Origin: Frisingicoccus sp.
GTDB taxonomy: Bacteria > Bacillota > Clostridia > Lachnospirales > Lachnospiraceae
DNA: 64,000 nt
Reading direction: 5' to 3'
Assembly (NCBI RefSeq): GCF_048388605.1
Contig: NZ_DBGCTU010000024.1
Location: 6,939 to 70,938 of the forward strand
Position numbers and translations under genes: made by a program. Under the pieces are notes generated by a model. The model had not been told where the DNA came from. It made no database searches and saw only the letters and a program-made list of their open reading frames with translations. Shown piece after piece: positions 40,101 to 51,300 of the stretch. Each line of letters opens with the position of its first letter. Position 1 is the first letter of the stretch.

Positions 40101-40703
40101 ATGCGCAGGAGTCGGACGGAAGGAAATGCGGAAAGCCGGATAAAAGAAAAACATGAGCATGGTCTTTTGAGAAGATGCCTTTTAATAGCGGCAGGACTGA
40201 TTCTGGGAGTGAATGTCTATCTCTGGAATGCCCGCAGCCTGGGGGGAAATCAGATGCCAATGCCTTTTGGATGCGGCATGTCCGTGGTACTGTCCGGCAG
40301 TATGGAACCCACATTGAAGGTCAATGATCTGCTTCTTGTGCGGGAGAAAGATCAGTATGAAGTGGGCGATATCGTGGTATATCAGTCCGGATATGAATTG
40401 ATCGTTCATCGGATTGTTTTCATGGATGAAAATGAAGTTGTGACACAGGGGGATGCAAACAGCGTGGCAGACCCACCGATTGACCGGGAGGCAGTAAAAG
40501 GTGTTGTCAGAGCCCGGATTCCCTATGTGGGAAAACTGGTAGGTTTGCTGAAAAGGCCTGTGGGAATTTTGCTGGTTTTGATATGTGCCTTTCTTTTAAT
40601 TGAACTATCTTTCTGGAGAGAGAAAAGAATAGACGATGAGAATCTGGATGCGATCAGGGAAGAAATCCGACGACTGAAGAAGGAACAGGAGAATGACCAG
40701 TGA
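40101..40703 (+). CDS. sipW: SipW-type signal peptidase I, copy 2
   Basis: Contains VLSGSMEPTLKVNDLLLV, VHRIV and QGDANS, with a C-terminal TM helix and a charged tail. The start is at the ATG at 40101, 6 nt after GAGGAGG. Confidence 0.8.
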   Translation: MRRSRTEGNAESRIKEKHEHGLLRRCLLIAAGLILGVNVYLWNARSLGGNQMPMPFGCGMSVVLSGSMEPTLKVNDLLLVREKDQYEVGDIVVYQSGYELIVHRIVFMDENEVVTQGDANSVADPPIDREAVKGVVRARIPYVGKLVGLLKRPVGILLVLICAFLLIELSFWREKRIDDENLDAIREEIRRLKKEQENDQ

Positions 40704-40721
40704 CAGAAGGAGGGATGGCGG

Positions 40722-41264
40722 ATGAATGAGACAAAAGAATATCGGCCAAACCGGGTATTTCGAGCGGCATTGGCGCTGCTATGTGTGGTACTGGTATCTG
40801 TGGGGATGATGTCAGGACTTTTGGCGAGATATACGGCCGGAGGCACCGGATCAGATGAGGCAAGAGTGGCGTCCTTTGACGTGACAGCAGATCTACAGAA
40901 TTTTGAAAAGGAATTTCCTGTGCAGCTGCAGCCGGGGAATTCTGTTACATGCAGTTTTGATATCACAAATTCCAGCGAGACAGCGGTAAATATGCAGGCA
41001 GTTTTGGAGACGGAGGGAAATCTCCCGTTAATGATAGAATATAAAAAAGGAAGTACGAATACAGGCAGTTGGGTTTCTCTTGCAAAGAATATTCAGGATG
41101 TTGAGGAAGGCTCATGCAAGTTTTCCGATGCAATGGCAGCTGGAAATAAGGAAAAACAGACCTATCAGATTCGAGTATCATGGCCTGAAGACAGAAACGG
41201 CTATCAGTATGCCAATGGAGTGGAGGCAGTGAAATTGTCCGTCACTGCCAGCCAGATCGATTAA
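40722..41264 (+). CDS. TasA/BsaA-like secreted protein with a SipW-type signal peptide (short paralogue)
   Basis: The N-terminus ...LVSVGMMSGLLARYTAGGTGSDEARVASFDVTA aligns residue for residue with the 38230 gene (SG..A.YT....GSD.ARVA). The C-terminus is KLSVTASQID. Confidence 0.7.
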   Translation: MNETKEYRPNRVFRAALALLCVVLVSVGMMSGLLARYTAGGTGSDEARVASFDVTADLQNFEKEFPVQLQPGNSVTCSFDITNSSETAVNMQAVLETEGNLPLMIEYKKGSTNTGSWVSLAKNIQDVEEGSCKFSDAMAAGNKEKQTYQIRVSWPEDRNGYQYANGVEAVKLSVTASQID

Positions 41265-41277
41265 GGAGGAGACGAGG

Positions 41278-42273
41278 ATGAAAAGTCAACACAAATTTCA
41301 TAGAAAACGAACCATTTTAGTGCTGGCTGTCATTCTGATTTTGAGCGTTACAGTAGTCGTAATGGCGAAGTATCTCCGTTCTTTTGAACCGGTCAGCGGT
41401 ATTATGACCTCAGATAAATTTTATTTTACAACGGATCTGCTGGGGGACAGTACCATGGTAGACAGCAGCGGGGAAAATCCGGGAAGCGGGTACGTATATG
41501 AGGACGTACAGGAGGGAACCTGGAACCTGTATGGCGGCGGCGCACATGAGATTACCTTTGAATTGCGCAATTATTATGATGATCTGAGAATCACACAGGG
41601 GCAGATTCCGTATACAGTCAGCGTGGAGGCAAAGACACCGGCGGATGAAAGCGGAAGCAGCAATCCGATTCAGGGATTGGCGACAATTTCCGATAATTCG
41701 GCTGATCCTGACGGTACTACCGGTTCTGAAATATCCGGAGCTCTGGGGAGTGCAGGATCGGAAGGAAAGGCCGTGCAGGAGATTACATTGTCGATAGCGG
41801 ATGAACAGACAGTTTCCTATGTTGATGGAACTGAGGTGATCGTTACGATACAAAGCACGTCCCCGTATAAGAAAATAATGAAGCTGCATTTTCTTTTGTA
41901 TCAGGTGGATACTTATCTGAGTTATGAGATTCAGGATTCTGTCGGAAGTCCTTATGCAGAATTGATTCTGATGGCGAATTCGGTTGGCACAGAGTCAACG
42001 GGCAGTGTACAGCCGTATTTGACATGGCCGAAGGATTTATCAATCGATAATACAAACGGGCTGACTTATACTTATGAGACTGATTTTGAACAACAGAGTG
42101 GAATGACAGATAGAAAAAACATGCAGATATCCCGGGCACTGCGGGCAAAAGAAAGTGAGTCGATTTATTTTTTCAAGGCGGATGTGTCGAAAAATTATTC
42201 GAAGCAGCGCACGATCGTGAATAAGAATGATGAAAACAATTATGAGATCTTGATAGGGCAGCTATCAGATTAA
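41278..42273 (+). CDS. hypothetical secreted or membrane protein with an AKY-type N-terminal region
   Basis: 331-aa ORF with an AAGGAGGAG RBS. The N-terminus KRTILVLAVILILSVTVVVMAKYLRSF resembles the h-region plus AKY motif of its neighbours. The rest shows no motif I recognise. Confidence 0.6.
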   Translation: MKSQHKFHRKRTILVLAVILILSVTVVVMAKYLRSFEPVSGIMTSDKFYFTTDLLGDSTMVDSSGENPGSGYVYEDVQEGTWNLYGGGAHEITFELRNYYDDLRITQGQIPYTVSVEAKTPADESGSSNPIQGLATISDNSADPDGTTGSEISGALGSAGSEGKAVQEITLSIADEQTVSYVDGTEVIVTIQSTSPYKKIMKLHFLLYQVDTYLSYEIQDSVGSPYAELILMANSVGTESTGSVQPYLTWPKDLSIDNTNGLTYTYETDFEQQSGMTDRKNMQISRALRAKESESIYFFKADVSKNYSKQRTIVNKNDENNYEILIGQLSD

Positions 42274-42316
42274 TTGCAGATAAAAAAGTACCGGTGAATA
42301 AAGAGGGCAGACAAAT

Positions 42317-45300
42317 ATGAGAAAGAAAAAAAGAGTATTAGCTGCTGTGTTTGCGGCGGTTTTGATTATATGTACGGTATTTGCGGAAGCGGATGTTACT
42401 GTTGCTGCAACAAGCATAGATACAAGTACATCAACAGATGCGGTTGTTCAGGAAACAGATGCGATGGTTCAGGAATCAGAGGAACAGATCGTTGATGAAA
42501 CGGAAACAGATGCGACGGTTCCGGAGACAGAAGACCAGATCGCTGATGAAACGGTGGATAACGTTCAGGAGACAATAGAGAGTGAGAGTGAAACGGAAAC
42601 TCAGGAGATAATTTCGGAAGAAACTGAGGAAGAAACTGAGGAGAAAACGCAAGAGGTAATTGCTTCGTATCCATGGTCTGATCTGGATGACGAGGCTTTT
42701 TGTGCATGGGTGACAGGCGGTGAGCATGATGAGAAACTCAAGGCCATGGATGAAGAACATGGTCAGGAGTATGAGGCCTTTCAGCAGCGTCTGGAAGAGA
42801 TCACTGCGCAGGATGTTCTGCAGCGCATCATGCAATATATAATGAATTTGAATGGATCAAACGAGAGCATAGCAACAATGAATATAGAAACAGAAGCATT
42901 TAATTCCATGTGTCAATCTATATTTGGAGTGGATTACGCTGGATTTAAAAGCAATACCAATTATGCTGAAGTTTATGTCGGACAGAACGCCGGCGGAGAA
43001 CAAACCGGTGATCTCGGCACGCAAACAAAGCCATATAATACGGTTAATGCGGCGTATTCTTCTCTATCCTCCAAATCAGGAGTGATCATCCACCTTTTGG
43101 AGAGTTATGGAAGTGTGTCTGAGCCTATAACGACTTGGCCTGATAATCCGATTCCTGCCATCATTGTCAGTGATGCATATGGAACAGCAGTTTTGAATAT
43201 GTCAGGCTTGAAATGGAACTTTCCTGCCAATACAGGCTTTTACAATGTGAAGATTAACCTTGCATATTCAGACAATACGACTGCAGCGATATTTGCCAAT
43301 GGGCATCATGTTGTATTTGGCGGTAAAGAAGAAAATAATTTTGCATTCATAAACAATAATGAAACGAATCGATATTATCCGACCCTGTTCGGCGCTTCAG
43401 AACAAGGTACAGGGACACAGAGCTCACACAGCTCTGTTGAAAATACACATCTGGAGGTTTATGGGGGAACATGGAGTCAGATTTTTGGCGGCGGTGAGTA
43501 CTATTCTGATGTAGACGGTACGGCAACAGTCATTGTGAATGGTTCCTATAGGGAGGACGGCACTCTTAAACCGGGGGCAGTTACATTTGCGGATACCGGG
43601 TTGTCCTATATGGAGGGCAGTAGCCATATCTATGGCGGCGGTGCAGGTGTTTACACTTTATTGTCCAAAGAAAATTACAGTAATGTTCAAAATACGGATG
43701 TTACGATCAGCTATATTACAACGAGTAAATATCTTACGCCCTGCGGGGGAAGTGTCACCGCCTCTGCAAAAATAAGTTTAGATTATGTCAATGCGATGGG
43801 CGTGAACGCCAGAAGCGAGGGTTCCAGTGCAAGTAAAGTATCTATTGTCATCCAGAACAGCACCATCAGCGAAGATGTTGGCGCATTAGGAGGCGGTGAC
43901 GGCGGCGCGAAGCAGGCATATAAGATGGTATCTGATATCAATGACTTTGATATCACAATAAAGAATTCTACTGTTAGGACTCTGTATGTAAAATCAAGAG
44001 CTCTTGCAGATGGCACATATAACAATTCTGTGACCGGTGTTGACTTATGTCTGGAAGACAGTACGTTTAATGAAATAACTCTGGCCAGGCTTCCCGCAAA
44101 TTACGAAAGCGGTACCGTTAATCGGCTGCGTTTAAAAAATGTAAGCTGCAATCGGTATCACGCGGAGGCAAATTTCAGAGAAATCAAACAAATCGAGCTC
44201 ATCGGGATCGGTACTGAGGCCGCGCCATTCAAGTGGGAGAACTATACATTTGGCAGCACGAATTACGGAAATGTAAATTCGGTCTCAGAGTCACTGCTGA
44301 TTGAAAACAGCTATGTAAACTTTGGGATTAACTATTCCACACAGAGTCTTGCGCTGAAAGGAAACAGCAGGGTCAGGCTGAAACAAAATCTTTCAATGGA
44401 AACGGGTGATTTTGAGGGTGATGCTGCAAGTCAGATCACGCTGGAAGACGGCAGCACCGTCAATATCAGCGGTGATGTTACCGGAACGGGAATAACGGTA
44501 GATCCTGTGTTTTCACCAGAAAATGCTTCGGCACAAATCCTGTGGAGCAGAGGAAGCAATCCAACGAACCTGTCCTATGTAAGCTCTGATAAAGCGGATT
44601 ATCGGTTCACGAAGGATTATACGGCAAGAATGGATATATGGAAGTGGTATAATTATGACCCTCCTGTATCAGAGTATTCTTATGTATATGTAGACGGTGG
44701 GCTTGGATATGATACTGCAGAGGAATACAATTCTGACCAGTGTACGGACGCAAATCTGGGGTATGATAAATTATATCCTGTGAAAACGTTTGCAAAGGCT
44801 TATTCGTTGTGTAAGGATTCAAATTACGTTATTGTTCTGTGCGGCGAATATGATCTGACCGTTGGCGAGACACCGGTAAGTCTGTTAGGGGATGCAGAAG
44901 CGAAGGATTTTCCGGTAAGAGTGCAGAGCACAGATGACAGAAATGACTATCGCAGCGTGGCAAAGCTGCGTTTTGCAGGAAGCACCGGAAATGTTACGTT
45001 ATCGGCGCCGCTGATTTTTGACAATATGAATCTGGAGTCATCGGTTGCCAATGGCAACGTCCGTATATTCAGTAATGGCAACAAAACCGAATATGGAGCC
45101 GGTGTGACCGTTATAAGAGTTGGAGATAAGTGCTCCGTTGAGGTATATGGCGGTGCAGACGGGGATAATGTTGCGTCTGCCGACCTTACCGTAAAGGCAG
45201 CATATTTTGATAAGATAGGTGCAGTCGGTAAAGATGATACAGCATCTGTGGGTGATGAAAATAATATTGTACAAACTGATATTGCGAAGCTCACGGTGAG

Positions 45301-48300
45301 TGAAAACAGCCAGGGTGTATCATCTGTGTGTTACTATGGAACCACATATGGAAGCGTACATACGGAGCTTTCCTATGCGGTTGGCAGTAAAAACATATAT
45401 AATGCTAATAGTAGTAACGGTACTGTGTATGGTGATTTTTATACAGAAGTTTCCAGCGGTAATGACAATAAGAAAAATGCCAGTGTTGTGCCCGATGGTC
45501 TGACGGTTAAGGGGAAAGTATCTTTTGTTGACCGGTCAGGAAAAACTTACTATGATTCTCTGAGTCTGAAAAAAGGTAATTTTAATGAGGTGTATATATA
45601 TCTGTCTGTTAAAGGTATAGGATCCATTGAACGTGGAAAATACGTTTCGCTTTTCGATTCGAACACAAAGGCGGATCATATAAGCTGGAATATATCAGGA
45701 AAGGTACCAAGAATTTTCGGAGCCAATGATAATGCGGGTATCAAGGCCGGAACCATGGCTGTGGATGTCGTCTTGAATAATACTGCGACAACCATCGTCA
45801 AAGCGTGTCCGGAAGCTGCCGGTAATACGGTAGACAGTGGATATCCGGAAAACGATAAGATAACGGTTACTCTGAAGGATTTTGCGGAAGGAAGCTATCT
45901 GGATGAGCTTTGGGGATTTGGCTCTATCGCATTTGATAACAGCAAGATTTTGGTAAACGCAGAAATCTCTGCGAAGAATGTTACTGTTGACCAGGGAAGC
46001 GTGGTTGTTTTTGCGAATCATGCGGCAATTGGATCTGCACCGGGTACGGGTAAGCTGACATTACAAAATGGTGGCAGTCTGGAAGTGCGAAATCAAATCG
46101 CTGTCAATGGCGATATGTGCGGCGGAGAATCGGCCGACGCTGCCGGAACGCTGATCGATAACTGGGCAGACGCAAACGACGAGACAGTAAGGATAACCGT
46201 TACCGGGAAGTCAACCGGGTATACCTATTTCTCCACGGACTATGCAAGTGCAGAAATCCAGGTAATGGGAGATACATTGGGCCATGAGTATATGGCGCCA
46301 AAGCTGCCCCCGGAGCTGCCGCCGATGAAGATTACCTGTACTCCGGCAGCTGCGGCTTCTCCGGCCAAGGAGCGTATCTGGACAGTCGAGAATCCGGTGA
46401 GCAAAAAATACATTTTTGTGAATGGAACCATTGACTCCTCTGCATCTGACTATACATCACACAATGGCTCCACTCCGGAGCTGGCCCTTGCGACACTGGA
46501 AGAAGCCTATGATACGGTACTGAATAACGGATATATTGTCCTGTGCGGAGATATTTCCCTTTCTTCATGGCCATTGAATGGTACAAAATCAGTAACGCTG
46601 ACAAGCAAAGTAACCATTGGAACCGGAGAAACTGCACGTACCTATGATTTCTTTTCTGCAGCTGCAGCGCAGCCCAGTTTTCTGGTTATAACGGATAATC
46701 TTGAGTTAAAGGGAGTGACGACCTTTGAGTATTTGAATATCAAGGCGGATAAAAATTATGTTCTGGGGGCCTGCGGGCATAAGCTTGTAATGGGACGTCA
46801 AGGCGATCCTGATTCTCTTAAGATGACAAATTTTCCGATTAGTGTTGGAGGCGGCGGATATAATCATGCGTATTCAAATATAAACAGTGATCTGACCATT
46901 CATGCGGGAATCTATAATATTGTTTCCGGCGGCAATAGTAGTGATATTATTAATGTATATAATAAATACAGCAGCGTGAATATTACGATTGATGGCGGAA
47001 CATTTCAGTCGGTCTATGCAAAATATAATTTATATGATGATTTTTCTGCTGCCAATGAAATATCTCTGTCAATCTGCAAGGCAAAGGTCGAAAATACGAT
47101 TTCTGCAATTAAAACCAATTATACGATGGGCAACGCTTATCAGGTAAATATTGGCGAAAACATGAAATTTGGTGAAGCGTGTTATATCAGAACCAGTGCC
47201 ACAACCATCAATTACACTCCCAATCCAGCCCCCAATATAACTTTCAAAATTGATGGCGGAACAGGGACCCGGTATAGAATTCCGACCATTTATGGCGGGC
47301 CAGGTGTTTATAACGGGAATAACACCATGAATGAAACAGTGACCGTGGATTTAAAGAATGTTGAAGTGGGCACTTTTATTTGTGGATCCTCGAATCAAAC
47401 TCTGCAGAAAAAGTCTAACGGTTCTATGGAATTGGTTTTAAATGAAAATGTTCATGTTTCCAAACTGTATTTGGGCGGTTCCATGCTAGCCGGCGCCAGT
47501 GCAAAGGTTTTTGTCAAATCGGATCAGGCAACCATTGATAAACTGCGTTCAGGCTCTGAGTTTTCAGCGTCAACGCCTGTAACATGCGAATTAACATATT
47601 CCACTGTGGGGACAGATTCAGAACATCCATATGTACTGAGCGGAGACGTTTGTCTGGATGGGCTGACAAAGTTAATCCTGAAAAATGCTGTGGTTGATTT
47701 TTCACAGGCAGGAAATTCAATCACGGTGGGAGAGATTAACGCCTCTGAGGGCGGCAGTATCATCCATAAGGGAAGGAACCTGACGCTGAATGCAGATTAC
47801 ACAGCCGGAACAAGTGACGAACCAACCATGTGGTATGGACAGAATGCCCCGCGCATTGTCATCAATGGTACGGTGAGCGGTACGACACACCTGCAGTCTT
47901 TGAGCGCTGACCCTTCGGCTGAAGATGGCAGTGTTACCGGTAAGTTCTATAATGGTATTTCCGTTACGGCGTCTCACAGTGATACTCATTCGGCAAATAA
48001 TTTCTTTGGACTTCAGTCCTCCGAAGGCGCAAAGCCTGAGTGGAAGGAACTTAAATTTACAGCGGGGACAGATACAGATACATGGAAAAAATCAGATGAA
48101 GGAGATACTGATGCCAGAATACAGGTGTATGTATCCTCCGAAGGGTCCGACAGCAATTCAGGCGCATTCCCGACGCCTGTCAAAACGCTGGCGCAGGCAT
48201 ATAAAAACGCGGATAGGCTTCATAAAGATGCTCCTTCCAAAACAAAGATTGAAATTATTTTGCTGGATGATATTGTGCATAATGGTGAGCTTCCGGCTTC

Positions 48301-51300
48301 GGCAGAATTGTCCAACGGTTTTTCTGTCCTGGTGAAGTCTTATGATGCCGCGTCTGCTTCCACGTTGACGATTGACAGTGACCCGGAGCTTCCGGTGGAT
48401 ACGACATTGGATAATATCATCATCAAAAGTACGGTTACGACAGGTTCTTGTGCGATTTTTGCAAACGGGAATACGCTGACTTGTACAGAGAATTTAAAGG
48501 TGGAGGCCGTCAATGGGCACTATCCTGTCATTTACGGCGGAACGAAGGATGCGACTGTCCTGGATCAGACGAACCTGCAGATATTTGGCGGAACCTGGAG
48601 CCGGATATTCGGAGGAAGTAAAACTGCATCTGTAACGACTGCAAATCTTTCGGTTGGAGGAAATGTTGATACTAAGAATGTCGGCAGCATAGCGGAAAAT
48701 GATACGGGCGTTTTCGGCGGAGGAGAGAATGGAACTGTTGGTACGGTGAACCTGAGCATTGATGGAGGTTCGTTCTATCGTGTGCTCGGCGGAGGTCTGA
48801 ATCCAGCCGCTGTTGTGCAGGGGAATATAACTGTTGATTTCAATCATGGGACAATTGACAGATTGTACGGCGGAGGACAATGGGCCCAAACTAACGGCAA
48901 TATTACAGTGAACATTGGCGGATCAAATGCTGAAGCAATGATTACGTCGATATTCCGCGGCAGCGGTCTGTATGCGGGTGTTGCCGAAGGCCAAAAAGCT
49001 ACTACGAATGTTATGGACGGTGCAATCATCAAGGAAGGAGTACAATTTGCAGCGGGCGGATATTCCGGCAACCTCGATGAAACAGAATTGAACATTTCCG
49101 GAGGAAGTATCAACTGTAACGTTTTTGCAGGCGGCTGGGGCGAAGGTACGAATGGCGCCTATGGAATTGTAGGCGAGAAGGCAGCTGTTACTATCACAGG
49201 CGGAACGATTACAGGGAATGTGTACGGCGGCGGCAATCTTGCTTTGGTGCATAACAATGCTGACAATGCTGCTGCCCTTGTAACCGTAAAAGGCGGCGCT
49301 ATTACGGGAAACGTATATGGCGGCGGCTATTCCGCAGGCGTTGATAATACCAATGTGACGATTCGGTCAAATGTCAAAGGCAGTGTGTTTGGCGGTGGAT
49401 ATGATATTACAGCGGATAAGCTTCAGGTGCAGAAGAGCAGTACTGTTACATTAGAAAGAGGTACGGTTGAAGAATCCGTTTTTGGCGGGAGTGATACGGC
49501 GGGACTTATCTCAGACTCCGTATCTGTGACGATTGCCGGAGATGTAACAGTCAAGAATGGTGTCTTTGGCGGTGGAAGCAAGGCGGCGCTTCAGATTACA
49601 CCTGATGTGAAAGTAAATAAAAACAAAACACTTACCGGTAGTATTTATGGCGGCGGCAAAGGCGCGGTGAACGGAGCTGTAGGAGCGATACAGAATGGAA
49701 TGATGTCCTTTTTCGCGCTATTTAGTGCAGAGAAAAGTTATACGATCGACGGTCTGACCGATGCGAATGTGCCTTCCACAAATGTTATAATCGAAGGTAC
49801 CGTGACGGGCGATGTCTTCGGCGGCGGAGAGATGGCTACCGTTGGAAAAGAAGACAGTACAACATGGAATAAGACTGTTACGAATGTAACATTGGAGAAT
49901 GGCGCTTCTGTGGATGGAAATATCTATGGAGGCGGGAAAGGCCAGAGCGAAAAAGACTATGCCGTTGTATATGGTTGTACCAGCGTCAGCTTAAATGGCG
50001 GTACGGTTAAAGCTGATCAAGATGACGAGAAGGCTGTTGCCGGGGCGGTTTTTGGGGGCGGTCAGATTGCCCCTGTGGCAGGCAGTACAAATGTCATAGT
50101 GAACGGGGGAACAATCAGTAATATCTTCGGCGGTAATGATGTTGAGGGCGAAGTCAATCAAACGACCAATGTGACGGTACCTGAAAACAGTACAGCAACG
50201 GTTACTCACATTTATGGCGGAGGCCGTAATGCAGCGCATAATCGGAATTCCGAATCTGATAAAGCGAACAACGTAACAATCAATGGTGGTAGCATTACAC
50301 AGATTTATGGCGGTGGTTATGGTGCTGCAGCGGTTTCCGGTGATACAGATGTAACGATTGCAGGTGGCATTGTGACAGAGGTGTTCGGCGGCGGTAATGC
50401 AGCCAAAACGAAGAAAGCATCCGTGACGATCACAGGCGGAAGGATTGATACAGCCTATGCAGGCGGAAATGCCGCAACTGTGACAGGTACAGATGAAGGG
50501 GCCGCAACTCTGACGGTGAATACAACAGACGATGTTCAACATGTAAACACTGTATTTGCCGGAAACAATCAGGAACCAATGGACATTCAGCCGGTTCTTG
50601 TTCTGACTGACGGTAAAATCGGAACCGTTTATTGTGGCGGAAATGCCGGAATTATGAGAAAAGCAGATGGCCTGACTTATGATTTTGACTATCCGAATAT
50701 TGAAGTTGGTACAGTCTATGCCGGATGCAACAATACGCCAAGTGATACTCCGACGGCTGATGTGAAACTGAATCTGATATCCGGAATCTATCATACCGTT
50801 TATGGCGGAAATAATGTAAACGGCAGAATGCAGCAGACAGACGTGGTGATCGATCGGGCTGAATTAAAAGATTTGACAGTCGATACGGTCTATGGCGGAG
50901 GAAACAAGGCTGAATCCAAAGCCACGAAGGTTGAGCTGCAAAATGGTACAGCAGCCACGGTGTATGGCGGCGGTAATGCGGCTACGGTAACGGATAGTGT
51001 GAAGATTCAGATGGGCGTACCGGACGACACAGGAAGTATACCGGGAGATGTATTTGTTACAGACCTCTACTGTGGAAATAACCAGGCGGATATGAAGATC
51101 CAGCCGGAGATCGATCTTAAGAAGGGAACGATCACGAACTTCTACGCCGGGGGAAATGCCGGAGATATGCTGTATCTGAGTACTGCAGACGGAACTGGTT
51201 ATACGGCGAATTATACCTTTGCCAGCGAGCAGGTATCGATCACGAATCTGTTCGGCGGCTGCAATCAGGCGGATATGGCAGGAACGGTAAGGCTTGTCCT

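Noticed and set aside
37564-41889. Minus-strand ORFs of 100-205 aa across the SipW/TasA cluster (37564-38181, 38109-38546, 38748-39344, 39272-39886, 40523-40966, 41410-41889).
   Set aside because: They are antisense to well-supported plus-strand genes in a G+C-richer region where stop codons are rarer. Their sequences are Pro/Ser/Arg-rich and motif-less.
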